From contig DATGZZ010000074.1 in NCBI GenBank assembly GCA_035296945.1, positions 1-35,639 on the forward strand: a DNA stretch of 35,639 bases, given 5' to 3'. Shown here in pieces: positions 17,963 through 26,531 of the stretch. The notes under the pieces were generated by a model. That model saw nothing but the letters and a program-made list of their open reading frames with translations, had not been told where the DNA came from and ran no database searches. How positions within the stretch are numbered: position 1 is the stretch's first letter; each line of letters opens with the position of its first letter. A program made the position numbers and the translations under genes. The DNA is from Reyranella sp. GTDB taxonomy: Bacteria; Pseudomonadota; Alphaproteobacteria; Reyranellales; Reyranellaceae.

Positions 17963-18468
17963 CGATCGCGGCCCTCTTCGAGCCCGGTGATGATCCGCTT
18001 CAGCGTGCGTATGAGCTCGGCACGATTGGTGCGGCCGACCAGCCGGTCGATCTCGCGCTCGTGCGCGACGGCACTTGCCCGGAGCTTGGCCATCACGGCC
18101 TTGCCCGCCGGTGTGAGCGTGAGCGTATACGCCCGTCGATCGCTGGCGAGGCGTTCGCGGACCACGTAGTCCAGCCGGCACAGGTCATCGAGGACCGGGG
18201 TCAGGCTCGACGTGTTGCGGCGAATGGCGGCCGCAAGGTCGCCCTGCGTCAGGCCGGGATTGGCATCGATCAGGAAGAGAACCGCAAAGCGCCACGGGCT
18301 GCCGTCGACACCGTTGGCCCGCCGGGCGAAGGCCTGGAACGCCACTTCCTGCGCCAGCCGCAGATGAAGCCCGACCGTCCCGCCGAGCCAACCGAAGTCG
18401 ATTTCCTTCGGCTGGGTTGGCTCGTGCTGCGGCACAGTCTTGAGCCTTTGGGCGGAACGGCGGGCCAT
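17959..18468 (-). CDS. MarR family transcriptional regulator
   Basis: NPGLTQGDLA...SSLTPVLDDL...VVRER..SDRRAYTLTLTPAG winged-helix signature. Confidence 0.93.
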   Translation of the reverse strand: MARRSAQRLKTVPQHEPTQPKEIDFGWLGGTVGLHLRLAQEVAFQAFARRANGVDGSPWRFAVLFLIDANPGLTQGDLAAAIRRNTSSLTPVLDDLCRLDYVVRERLASDRRAYTLTLTPAGKAVMAKLRASAVAHEREIDRLVGRTNRAELIRTLKRIITGLEEGRDR

Positions 18469-18492
18469 CGTAGCTCCCTCGACCCGCGACTT

Positions 18493-18519
18493 GCCTGATC
18501 GCGTTCTGCGCGATCAGGC
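18493..18519. promoter_or_regulatory. 11-bp inverted repeat in the marR leader
   Basis: GCCTGATCGCG-ttctg-CGCGATCAGGC, perfect arms, 25-50 nt upstream of the marR ATG. Function unknown. Confidence 0.45.
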
Positions 18520-18537
18520 CTGGCAGGATACGGCCCA

Positions 18538-18572
18538 TTAGTCGGGAATCAAACTATTTGGGGACAAACTAA
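18538..18572. promoter_or_regulatory. Candidate tandem MarR operator
   Basis: AT-rich island with CAAACTA twice. The minus strand reads TAGTTTG-tccc-CAAATAGTTTG-attc-CCGACTA, i.e. two overlapping imperfect palindromes upstream of marR. Confidence 0.5.
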
Positions 18573-18609
18573 TCGTCGGCCATGGGCGGGGGCGTGGTGG
18601 TGAGTCACG

Positions 18610-18682
18610 GCTGTCACCCCGAGCGTAGCGAGGGGCCTTTGAAGCCGCAGGAAAGGCCCCTCGCTACGCTCGGGATGACAGC
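18610..18682. repeat. REP-like palindromic element (CHPERSEG...ATLGMT type)
   Basis: 31-bp arms at 18610-18640 and 18652-18682 with one mismatch and an 11-nt loop. Intergenic. Confidence 0.85.
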
Positions 18683-18714
18683 AAGGCCGTATCAGGCACG
18701 TGCGATTCCAGCTA

Positions 18715-18936
18715 CTAGCCCGTCTTGGCCTCGACCGCCGCCCTTTCCAGGCGTGACGCGCTTTCGTCGAGCTCGTCGCCGTAGCGGGTAAGGCGGCGGC
18801 GGTCGCCCTCGTCGGTCATCGTTTCGGTCAGGCGGCGCGCCCGGCGGGCGAGGTCGCGCATCCCATCGGCCTGCTTGAGGATGGTCTCCTTGCTCGGAGG
18901 CCGCTGGGCGGGTGCCATCTGGGTTTTTTCGAACAT
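18715..18936 (-). CDS. Small helical-hairpin hypothetical protein (73 aa)
   Basis: ATG at 18936 with AAGGAG SD (MFEKTQ...). Similar to the 9875-10081 protein. Confidence 0.7.
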   Translation of the reverse strand: MFEKTQMAPAQRPPSKETILKQADGMRDLARRARRLTETMTDEGDRRRLTRYGDELDESASRLERAAVEAKTG

Positions 18937-19172
18937 GCTTTCTCCTTGGTGGCGCATGCGGCCAGGACGCACACACATCTGGGGCGCCGGCGAAATGGGC
19001 CCGCCGGCAGCGTGGAGCAATGTCTGGAAGGTTCCTCTCCGGCCCTGGCGGCCCGGCAAAACAGGCGGACGGGACCGCCTTGCATCAGCCATAGCAGGCT
19101 GGGCCCGTCGTGACCACCTAAGCAGGGCAGGTCCGGCTTGAAAGACCCAACCGTTTCGCCCAAGGATGATCG

Positions 19173-19430
19173 ATGAACAAACCCAAACAGCCCACGGTCC
19201 TTTCCGACCGGCGCCGGCAGCTCGGCGCCTCACGCGAGACCATGGCCGCCGGGCTCGGCCTGGCTGTCGACACCGTCAAGGCGATCGAGGACGGCGCGGC
19301 GTCCGATCAGGAGTACGACCGGTACAACACGTGGCTCGGCCGCATCGAGGACTTGCCGGCCGACGTGCGGGCCCGGCAGTTCATCGCCGCCGGCAAAGGC
19401 GGCCGTTTCGACATCGAAGGCCAGGATTAA
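19173..19430 (+). CDS. Small XRE/Cro-like helix-turn-helix protein
   Basis: LSDRRRQLGASRETMAAGLGLAVDTVKAIEDG matches the HTH_XRE pattern. AAGGA SD upstream. Confidence 0.75.
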   Translation: MNKPKQPTVLSDRRRQLGASRETMAAGLGLAVDTVKAIEDGAASDQEYDRYNTWLGRIEDLPADVRARQFIAAGKGGRFDIEGQD

Positions 19431-19460
19431 GGCGGTCCGCCACCGCATGGCACGCGCCAT

Positions 19461-19485
19461 GCAACAAACCGTTCAGCGACCTGTT
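19461..19485 (+). promoter_or_regulatory. Candidate ECF-sigma (EcfG-like) promoter
   Basis: GCAAC-N16-TGTT ending 24 nt before the ACP ATG. Preceded by a small hairpin GCATGGC-acgc-GCCATGC. Confidence 0.35.
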
Positions 19486-19509
19486 ACTTCAATAAGACAG
19501 GAGGCAATC

Positions 19510-19794
19510 ATGGAAGACCTGCGGAACCGGGTAAGCCGGGTCATCGCCGAGCAGTTCCACGTGGCCAACGAGCGCATCGTCGAGGCGGCCACCCTGGACG
19601 AGGACCTCGGAGCCACCAGCCTCGACCGGGTCGAGGTGGTGATGTCGCTCGAGGACGAATTCAAGATCGACATCTCCGACGATCAGGCGTCGCGCCTGAA
19701 CACGGTGGCCGATGTCCTGGCCTGCGTGGCGGCGAGTGTCGGCAAGGCGAGCATCGGAAAGGGCGGGGCGACCGCAGCCAGCCGGCCCCTTTGA
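19510..19794 (+). CDS. Acyl carrier protein, orphan AcpP paralog
   Basis: EDLGATSLDRVEVVMSLEDEFKIDISDDQA..LNTVAD aligns with AcpP. ATG at 19510 with GGAGG SD. The Ppant motif is TSL rather than DSL. Confidence 0.88.
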   Translation: MEDLRNRVSRVIAEQFHVANERIVEAATLDEDLGATSLDRVEVVMSLEDEFKIDISDDQASRLNTVADVLACVAASVGKASIGKGGATAASRPL

Positions 19795-19921
19795 GCGGGT
19801 GCGGCGGCGAGAGCGAGCTCGATTTCAGGGCCTATCATCCCATCGGGCGGCGCGGCTTCGAAGGCGTGCCCTTGACTTGACGCGCTGGAGGTTCAGCCGG
19901 GGCGAGGTAAGATCGCTGGCC

Positions 19922-21079
19922 ATGAACGCTCCCGACGCCCTCCTTTGTGCACCGCGCCAGCATCTGCCGCTCGGCGAGGAATTCCTCTTCCTGCCGCCCT
20001 GGGTTCAGCCCTACGCCTACCGCATCGTCGACAGGCTCTTTGCCCATCGTGTGATCCGGCGCGGGCCGGCGCCTCGTCCGCTGCCGTACGGGCCGGAGAT
20101 CGATCCGCGCCACACGGCCGGCGGCCGGGAGTACGACGTCGGCGCCTTCATGGACCGCAACGCCATCGTCGGCGCGCTCGTGATCCATCGTGGCCACGTC
20201 GTGCTGGAGCGCTACGGGCTTGGCCTCGCAGAGCATGATCGGTGGTCGACCATGTCGACGGTGAAGTCGATGACGGCGATGCTGGTCGGCGCGGCGGTCC
20301 AGGACGGCGCCATCAAGTCCATCGACGAGCCTTTGACGAAGTACCTGCCTGCGCTTGCGGGCTCGGCCTACGACGGCGTGAGCCTGCGCCATGTGCTGAC
20401 CATGTCGTCGGGCACGCACTGGGTCGAGGACTACACCGACCGCACCTCGCACGTTAACCGCTACAGCAAGTCGCTCGCCGATCGCGTGCCGGGCGGCGTG
20501 CTGAAGCTCATGGCCTCGCTGGAGCGCGCCCATCCGCCAGGCACGACGGTCCGCTACAATTCGGGCGACACGTATCTGCTCGGGGCGGCCATCACCAAGG
20601 CCGTCGGCATGCCGCTGGCCGACTACATGTCCGAAAAGGTCTGGCAGCCGGCCGGCATGGAGTGCGATGGCTTCTATACGCTGGAGAGCGAGGGTGGACA
20701 GGAGATCGGCGGCAGCCGGGCCGGCATGGTGTTGCGCGACTTCGGCCGCTTCGGCCTGTTCGTCCTGAACGACGGCGTGATCGACGGCAGGCGCGTCCTG
20801 CCGGAGGGCTGGGTCGAGGCGGCGGCGACACCGGCGTTCAAGGTGCCGGCGTCGCCGGTCGTCGACATCACCCACTACGGCTACAGCTGGTGGCTGGGCG
20901 ACGGCGTGATGTCGGCGCTCGGCCATTCCGGCCAGCGCATCGACATCTACCGCAAAGAGGACCTCGTCGTGGTGACCCTCGGTGCCTTTCCGGAGCCCGC
21001 CTACGCACCGCCAGGCGACCACAACAGGCGCAACGAGGTGGCGGCCTTCACCCGTGCCGTCAGAGCCGCTCTCGCCTGA
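19922..21079 (+). CDS. Serine hydrolase, beta-lactamase class C / NylB-like family
   Basis: MSTVKS (SxxK), HVLTMSSG, RYNSGDT, LRDFGRFG, ALGHSGQ. No signal peptide. Start placed at the ATG at 19922. Confidence 0.9.
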   Translation: MNAPDALLCAPRQHLPLGEEFLFLPPWVQPYAYRIVDRLFAHRVIRRGPAPRPLPYGPEIDPRHTAGGREYDVGAFMDRNAIVGALVIHRGHVVLERYGLGLAEHDRWSTMSTVKSMTAMLVGAAVQDGAIKSIDEPLTKYLPALAGSAYDGVSLRHVLTMSSGTHWVEDYTDRTSHVNRYSKSLADRVPGGVLKLMASLERAHPPGTTVRYNSGDTYLLGAAITKAVGMPLADYMSEKVWQPAGMECDGFYTLESEGGQEIGGSRAGMVLRDFGRFGLFVLNDGVIDGRRVLPEGWVEAAATPAFKVPASPVVDITHYGYSWWLGDGVMSALGHSGQRIDIYRKEDLVVVTLGAFPEPAYAPPGDHNRRNEVAAFTRAVRAALA

Positions 21080-21091
21080 ACGACAGGAGAG

Positions 21092-22831
21092 TCAGGGCGC
21101 GGGCTGCTGCAAGGTCCGACGAGCGATCAGACGCACAGCGACGTAGCCCACGATGACCAAGCCGGTCTGGATCAGGGCAAGCACCGAGCCCGCTTCCTGC
21201 CGGCCGGTCACGGTCCACAGGAAGATGTCCACCGAAAGCATGCGCACGCCCGATCCCGCCAGCAGCACGACGACATCAAGAACGCGAACGGCGATCACGA
21301 AGAGAAGGATCCATGCGCCGATGACGGCCGGGCGCAGCAAAGGCAACCAGATCCGCAGGAACGTACGCACCCACGATCCGCCATGGACGCGCGCCGATTC
21401 CTCGAGCTCGGCGCTCAGCTGCACCATGGTGCTGGTGAAGAAACGCGAGGCCACCGGCAGGCCGCGCGCGACCAGAGCCAGAACCACCACCCAGAGCGTG
21501 CCGTAGATCGGCAGCCAGACGAAGGCCCACAGGAAGCCGAGACTCATGACCAGGCCCGGGATCGCCCACGGCCCCCAGGCCATCATGTCCAGCACCTTGC
21601 GCCCGCCCCAGGTCGTGCGCGTCACGACGTAGGAGATGAACAGCGAAACGACCACGCCCAGGCTCGCCGCAGCGATGCCGACCATGAGCGTGTCGCGGAT
21701 CGACTTCAGCACGTCGTCGCGCCCCAGGGCATTGGCCCAGTGCTGGGTGGTGAACATCTCCCAGGAGATGAAGCCGCTCAGTTCCATGAACGAGTTCAGC
21801 AGCAGCACGACCATCGGCAGGGCACCGAAGACGATGAAGAAGCCCAGGATGACGGCAAAGGCGACCCACCGCCCGGCTCCCAGGTCGAGCGGTTGGGCCT
21901 TGAAGCCTCGGCCCGACACGGTGGTGTAGGCGCGGCCGCGCAGCAGCCGCCACTGCACCACGATCAGGCTGCCGGTCAGCACCAGGAGGATCAGCGCCAG
22001 CACCATGGCGGCGCCGAAGTTGGCGACGTGCCCGCCATAGGCAAGGTCGTAGATGCGGGTCGTGAACACGAAGATGTTGGCGGGCGCCCCGAGGAGCTGC
22101 GGGATCTCGAAGGATTCCATCGCCACCACGAACGACAGGATGCCCGACGCCAGCAGGGCCGGCAGCAGCAGCGGGAAATTGATGCGCCACACGGTCCGCC
22201 AAGCGCTGGCACCTGCCATGCGCGCCGCCTCCTCGAGCGTGGCGTCCATGGCCAGCAGGGCCGGATGGACGAACAGGAACAGCACCGGCGCCGAGCGCGC
22301 CGCGCCCAGCACGATCAGGCCGCCGTAGGAATAGACGTCGATCAGGCCCTCTCCGCCCGGGACCAGTGCGCCCAGCCATTGATTGAGCAGGCCGACGTTG
22401 GGTGCGCCCAGCAGCATCCAGGCCAGCACCCAAGGAAGCTCGGGCAGGAAGAACATGAAGACGAGAAGGCCCTCGAGCAGGCGCTTGGCCGGCGTGTTGG
22501 TGCGCGCGATGCACCAGGCGAAGACCGTGGCCAGCACCAGCGCCATCAGGGTGCGCGGAACGGCGATGACGAGGCTGGTCAACAGCACCTCGAACGTGGC
22601 CGGGTCGCCCAGCACGCTCCGCCAGTTTTCCAGGGTGAGCGTACCGGGCTGCCCGGGTGCGGCGCTCCAGAAGGTGCCGAACACGACCATGCCCAGCGGG
22701 TAGAGCACGAGCAACGCGACCAGGACGGTGAGGCCCGTCGGCAGCAGCGTCTCCAGCCGCAGGCCGCGGCGCGGCCGGCCACCCGCCACTCGCTCCGCCC
22801 GCTGGCCGATCGAGCTTTCCGCCGTCGCCAT
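21092..22831 (-). CDS. ABC transporter permease, FbpB/ThiP-like duplicated membrane domain
   Basis: 579 aa, about 12 TM segments, two EAA loops (LEEAARMAGAS, LEESARVHGGS). Confidence 0.93.
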   Translation of the reverse strand: MATAESSIGQRAERVAGGRPRRGLRLETLLPTGLTVLVALLVLYPLGMVVFGTFWSAAPGQPGTLTLENWRSVLGDPATFEVLLTSLVIAVPRTLMALVLATVFAWCIARTNTPAKRLLEGLLVFMFFLPELPWVLAWMLLGAPNVGLLNQWLGALVPGGEGLIDVYSYGGLIVLGAARSAPVLFLFVHPALLAMDATLEEAARMAGASAWRTVWRINFPLLLPALLASGILSFVVAMESFEIPQLLGAPANIFVFTTRIYDLAYGGHVANFGAAMVLALILLVLTGSLIVVQWRLLRGRAYTTVSGRGFKAQPLDLGAGRWVAFAVILGFFIVFGALPMVVLLLNSFMELSGFISWEMFTTQHWANALGRDDVLKSIRDTLMVGIAAASLGVVVSLFISYVVTRTTWGGRKVLDMMAWGPWAIPGLVMSLGFLWAFVWLPIYGTLWVVVLALVARGLPVASRFFTSTMVQLSAELEESARVHGGSWVRTFLRIWLPLLRPAVIGAWILLFVIAVRVLDVVVLLAGSGVRMLSVDIFLWTVTGRQEAGSVLALIQTGLVIVGYVAVRLIARRTLQQPAP

Positions 22832-22834
22832 CCG

Positions 22835-23935
22835 CTACTTCTTCAGCCCCGCCGCCTTCAGGTAGGGCTCGGCCTTGGCCGACCATTCGAAGAACAGCTT
22901 CGAGCCGAACTCGTAGGTGTCGGGATTGTTGGGGAACGGCTTGGCCGTCGCGAAATGCGCCAGCTCCGGGACCTTGGGCGTGACGTCGCGGCGGATGAAC
23001 GGCCCGCCCGGATCGTCGGCGTTGATCTGCTGCGCCGACTTGGTGAGCACGTAGTTCATGAACACACGGGCGGCGTTGGGATGCGGGGCATCCTTCAGCA
23101 GGTTCATGCCACCGAAGAGCAGCATCACCCCGTCCTCGGGAACCACGAGCCGGAACGGATGGGGCTTGGGCAGCTTCCAGATGTCGGCGGCGCCGACCTG
23201 GGTGGGATGGATGAAGATGCCGTACTCGCCGCGGGCGATCTGCTTGGGCGCCTCGATCTCGGCCCGCGTCAGCGCCTTCACATTGTCGATCACCTTGCGC
23301 AGGTGATCGTCGCCGTAGGCCTTCCACGCGTAGGCCGCCCAGCGCGATCCTGGCGACGGACCGATCGGCTCGGAAAGAACGATGAGCCCCTTGTATTTCG
23401 GGTCCTCGAGGTCCTTGTAGCTGCGCGGGCCGCCCGCCGGCGGACAGAGCTTGTTGTTGACCAAAATGTAATAGCCGCCGGCGCTGGTCATCAACGTGTG
23501 GCCGTTGCCGGCCTTCACGTCGACCAGCGGATCGAGGATCCAGGGAACGCCGGGCTCGACGGCCGCCGGCAGCGTGCCGAAGGGCTGATCGAGGTTGCGG
23601 GCCGCCAGGCGCCGGTTCTCCGGACTGCCGGAGGAGCGAATGTCGATGCTGGCCTTGCCGGCGGCACGCTCGGCGTTCCAGCGCGCCTCGAAGTCGCCGG
23701 TGCGGCCGGGGGCGAGCTCGACCTTGATGCCGTAGAGCTGCTCGAATTCCTTGGCCTGCCGCTCCGTCGCCGCACCCGGGGCTCCGAAGAACGACCAGAC
23801 GAGCACGCCTTCCTTCTTCGCGGCAGCCACCACCTGGTCCCACGATTCCTTTCCCTGCGCACGCACCGCGTTTCCGGCCGCCGTCGTCGCTGCAGCCAGC
23901 GACGTCAGCCCCAAGAGCGCCTCTCTCCGTTTCAT
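22835..23935 (-). CDS. ABC transporter substrate-binding protein (Fe3+/polyamine/thiamine-like class), Tat-like signal
   Basis: MKRREALLG twin-arginine leader, AAKKEG, DPKYKG, APHPNAARVFMNYVL. Confidence 0.9.
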   Translation of the reverse strand: MKRREALLGLTSLAAATTAAGNAVRAQGKESWDQVVAAAKKEGVLVWSFFGAPGAATERQAKEFEQLYGIKVELAPGRTGDFEARWNAERAAGKASIDIRSSGSPENRRLAARNLDQPFGTLPAAVEPGVPWILDPLVDVKAGNGHTLMTSAGGYYILVNNKLCPPAGGPRSYKDLEDPKYKGLIVLSEPIGPSPGSRWAAYAWKAYGDDHLRKVIDNVKALTRAEIEAPKQIARGEYGIFIHPTQVGAADIWKLPKPHPFRLVVPEDGVMLLFGGMNLLKDAPHPNAARVFMNYVLTKSAQQINADDPGGPFIRRDVTPKVPELAHFATAKPFPNNPDTYEFGSKLFFEWSAKAEPYLKAAGLKK

Positions 23936-23950
23936 CGTTCTTCCTCCCTG

Positions 23951-25060
23951 CTATTTCCCGACCGGTCTTGCCGCCGGCCATGCGCGGATCGCCTCCGCGG
24001 GGAAATCGAGCTGCACCAGCGCTCCTTCATCGAGCGGCTGGCTGGCCGGGCCGAAGGCGCGCACCCGCGCCGCGCCGACACCCACGACATACTCCGTGCG
24101 TTCGCCCAGGTAGATCCGCGACAGCACGCGCCCCTGCCATCCGCCCGATCCATTGGCCGCGCGCACCTGCACGGACGCCGAGCGCAGCATCAGGACCACG
24201 TCGTCGTCGGGCCGCCAGGGATGCGAAGCATCGAGCGCAACCTCGACCTCGCCGGCTCCGTCGAGCCGCGCCCGCGGCGAGCCGTCGGCGGCCATCGTGA
24301 CGCGCGCGCCGAGCTGGTCGACCTGGCCCAGGAACTCCATGACGAAGCGTGTGCTCGGCTGCTGGTAGATCGCCCGCGGCGTGCCCTCCTGGACGATGCG
24401 GCCGGTATTCATCACCACCACGCGGTCGGACAGGACCATCGCCTCGCTCTGGTCGTGGGTGATGAAGATCGTCGTCACGCCGACCCGCGCCTGGACCTCC
24501 TTGAGCTCGAAGCGCATCTCGTCGCGCCGCCGCGCATCGAGGTTGGAGAAGGGCTCGTCGAGCAGCAGCACGTCGGGATCGCCGACCAGCGCACGGCCCA
24601 GCGCGACGCGCTGCTGCTGGCCGCCCGACAGAAGCGGCGCCGGCCGGTCGTGCAGGCCCTCCAGCCCCAGGCTCTGCAGCATGGTCATGACCTTGTCGCG
24701 GATCTCCGCTTCGGCCATGCGCCTCCCACGTATTCGGCCGCGCAGCGGGAAGGCGATGTTCTCGAACACGTTCATGTGCGGCCAGATGGCGTAGGACTGG
24801 AACACCATGCCCATGCGGCGCTTGTCGGGCGGCAGGTGGATGCCCTGCTCGGCCGAGGTCACGACCCTGTCGCCGACGCGCACCTCGCCGGCATCGGGCC
24901 GCTCGAGGCCCGCGATCATGCGCAAGGTCGTGGTCTTGCCGCAGCCGCTCGGGCCAAGCAGGGTCAGGATCGACCCGCTCTCGACCTCAAAGCTCACATC
25001 GTCGACGGCGGGAGCGCCGCCGAAGAGCTTCCGCAGGCCTGCGACGCGGATGGCTGTCAT
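23951..25060 (-). CDS. ABC transporter ATP-binding protein (FbpC/PotA-like, TOBE domain)
   Basis: GPSGCGKTT, VFQSYAIWPH, LSGGQQQRV, LLLDEPFSNLD, ITHDQSEA. Start placed at the ATG at 25060. Confidence 0.95.
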   Translation of the reverse strand: MTAIRVAGLRKLFGGAPAVDDVSFEVESGSILTLLGPSGCGKTTTLRMIAGLERPDAGEVRVGDRVVTSAEQGIHLPPDKRRMGMVFQSYAIWPHMNVFENIAFPLRGRIRGRRMAEAEIRDKVMTMLQSLGLEGLHDRPAPLLSGGQQQRVALGRALVGDPDVLLLDEPFSNLDARRRDEMRFELKEVQARVGVTTIFITHDQSEAMVLSDRVVVMNTGRIVQEGTPRAIYQQPSTRFVMEFLGQVDQLGARVTMAADGSPRARLDGAGEVEVALDASHPWRPDDDVVLMLRSASVQVRAANGSGGWQGRVLSRIYLGERTEYVVGVGAARVRAFGPASQPLDEGALVQLDFPAEAIRAWPAARPVGK

Positions 25061-25271
25061 CAGCTTCCCTGTGCCCACCTTCCCCGTCCCGGGGCGAGCG
25101 GCCATGCTGCCATCGTCGCGAGCGGCAAACTTTGCTGCCAGCGCGGGGCCTTGCCTGTGGAAGCAACAATCCCGGCCCGACTTTCTGCGCAAGGCAGCAA
25201 GTCGCTGCACTGCGGGCAAAGCAGCGGGGCCGGCATTGCTGATCAATGCGGCGCGCAACCGAGCGCAGGTG

Positions 25272-26531
25272 ATGTCGATGTCGCGTGAAGCCCCCGCAGT
25301 CGCCCCTCCCTCTTTCGCGGGACCGTCGCGCGACGGCAGCCGCGTGCCGTTCGAGCTGTTCACGCGGGCCGACGTGTTCGCCCGCGAGCAGGAGGCGATC
25401 TTCCGCGGGCCCGTCTGGAACTACGTCGCGCTCGAGGCCGAGTTGCCGGAGCCCTGCGACTTCAAGACCTCGTTCGTGGGCGACACGCCGATCATCGTCA
25501 GCCGCGCCGAGGACGGCAGCCTGCACGCCTTCGTCAACCGCTGTGCCCATCGCGGCGCCACGGTGCAGCGCCAAGCCTGCGGCAACGCCCGCCAGCACCG
25601 CTGCGTCTATCACCAGTGGGCCTACAACGCGCGCGGCGAGCTGGTCGGCGTGCCCTACCGCCGCGGCGTGCCGGGCATGGGCGGCTATGCCGCCGACTTC
25701 GATCCCAAGGCGCATGGCTTGGCGAGGCTACGGGTGGCGTCGCACAAGGGCGTGATATTCGCGAGCTTCGGCCCCGACACAGCACCGCTCGAGGATTATC
25801 TCGACGAGCCGCTGGTCGCGGCCATCGACCGGCTGTTCTCGCGGCCGGTCAAGGTGCTGGGCCACATGCGCCAGCGCGTGCGCGGCAACTGGAAGCTCTA
25901 TTCGGAGAACACGCGCGATCCCTATCACGCGGCCCTGCTGCATGGCTTCCACGCCACCTTCGGGCTCTATCGAACCAACCAGAAGCGCAAGGGCGGCAGC
26001 GACCGGGCGCGGGCGCACAGCACCGGCGTGACCTTCGGCGACGATTGGCGGCAGGCCTCGCAGTCCGCCAACATCGGGCAGGACAAGTTCGTCACCAACT
26101 ATTCCCTGGCCGACCCCACGCTGCTGGAGGGCCGGCCCGACTTCAACGACGGCGTGACGGTGTCGATCACCAGCATCTTTCCCTGCCTGGTCATCCAGCA
26201 GATCATGAACACGCTGGCGACGCGCCACATCCGGCCGAAAGCGGCGGACGAGTTCGAGCTTTACTGGACCTACTTCGGCTACCAGGACGACGACGAGCAG
26301 ATGACCGCCTGCCGGTTGAAGCAGGCCAACCTCGTCGGGCCAGCCGGCCTGATCTCGATGGAGGACAGCGAGGCGATCGAGCTGATCCAGCGCGCCATTG
26401 TGCGCGACGGCCACGAGGACTCCTTCCTGGAATTCGGTGGACTGCCCGCCGACCTCGACCAGGATCGCCAGGGCGAGGCCACGATCCGGGCGTTCTGGCG
26501 CTATTACGCCGGCCTGATGGGCCTCGCATGA
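25272..26531 (+). CDS. Rieske aromatic ring-hydroxylating oxygenase alpha subunit (AndAc/NagG/OhbB/TphA2-like group)
   Basis: Rieske ligands NRCAHRG...CVYHQW. Mononuclear-Fe site NWKLYSENTRDPYHAALLH and GPAGLISMEDSE. Start at 25272 or 25278. Confidence 0.93.
   Translation: MSMSREAPAVAPPSFAGPSRDGSRVPFELFTRADVFAREQEAIFRGPVWNYVALEAELPEPCDFKTSFVGDTPIIVSRAEDGSLHAFVNRCAHRGATVQRQACGNARQHRCVYHQWAYNARGELVGVPYRRGVPGMGGYAADFDPKAHGLARLRVASHKGVIFASFGPDTAPLEDYLDEPLVAAIDRLFSRPVKVLGHMRQRVRGNWKLYSENTRDPYHAALLHGFHATFGLYRTNQKRKGGSDRARAHSTGVTFGDDWRQASQSANIGQDKFVTNYSLADPTLLEGRPDFNDGVTVSITSIFPCLVIQQIMNTLATRHIRPKAADEFELYWTYFGYQDDDEQMTACRLKQANLVGPAGLISMEDSEAIELIQRAIVRDGHEDSFLEFGGLPADLDQDRQGEATIRAFWRYYAGLMGLA

Noticed and set aside
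19008-19035. GGAAC box upstream of the 18936 small gene as an EcfG promoter
   Set aside because: No -10 match at 16-17 nt spacing (only CGCT at 18 nt).
19510-19794. ACP as AcpXL linked to hopanoid-lipid A synthesis
   Set aside because: The sequence resembles AcpP rather than AcpXL, there are no fabXL/lpxXL genes nearby, and it lies 11 kb from the hpn operon.
19922-21079. Beta-lactamase resistance gene
   Set aside because: No signal peptide. YNS and ALGHSG replace the class C YxN and KTG motifs, which fits esterase/amidase members of the family.
25129-25225. Repeated GGCAGCAA / GCAA(A/G)GCAGC motifs as AraC binding sites
   Set aside because: Short, GC-rich and spaced 27 nt apart rather than the usual ~21 nt. 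I cannot distinguish them from chance by eye.
21383-25288. 1301-aa ORF on the + strand (and the 901-aa alternate-frame ORF at 21276-23981)
   Set aside because: These overlap three motif-supported ABC genes and have no recognisable domain. They are typical shadow ORFs of high-GC coding DNA.
24807-25363. Apparent overlap of the ABC ATPase and Rieske alpha 5' ends in the ORF track
   Set aside because: Artefact of longest-ORF start choice. Homology starts at 25060 (-) and about 25272 (+), leaving a normal divergent intergenic region.
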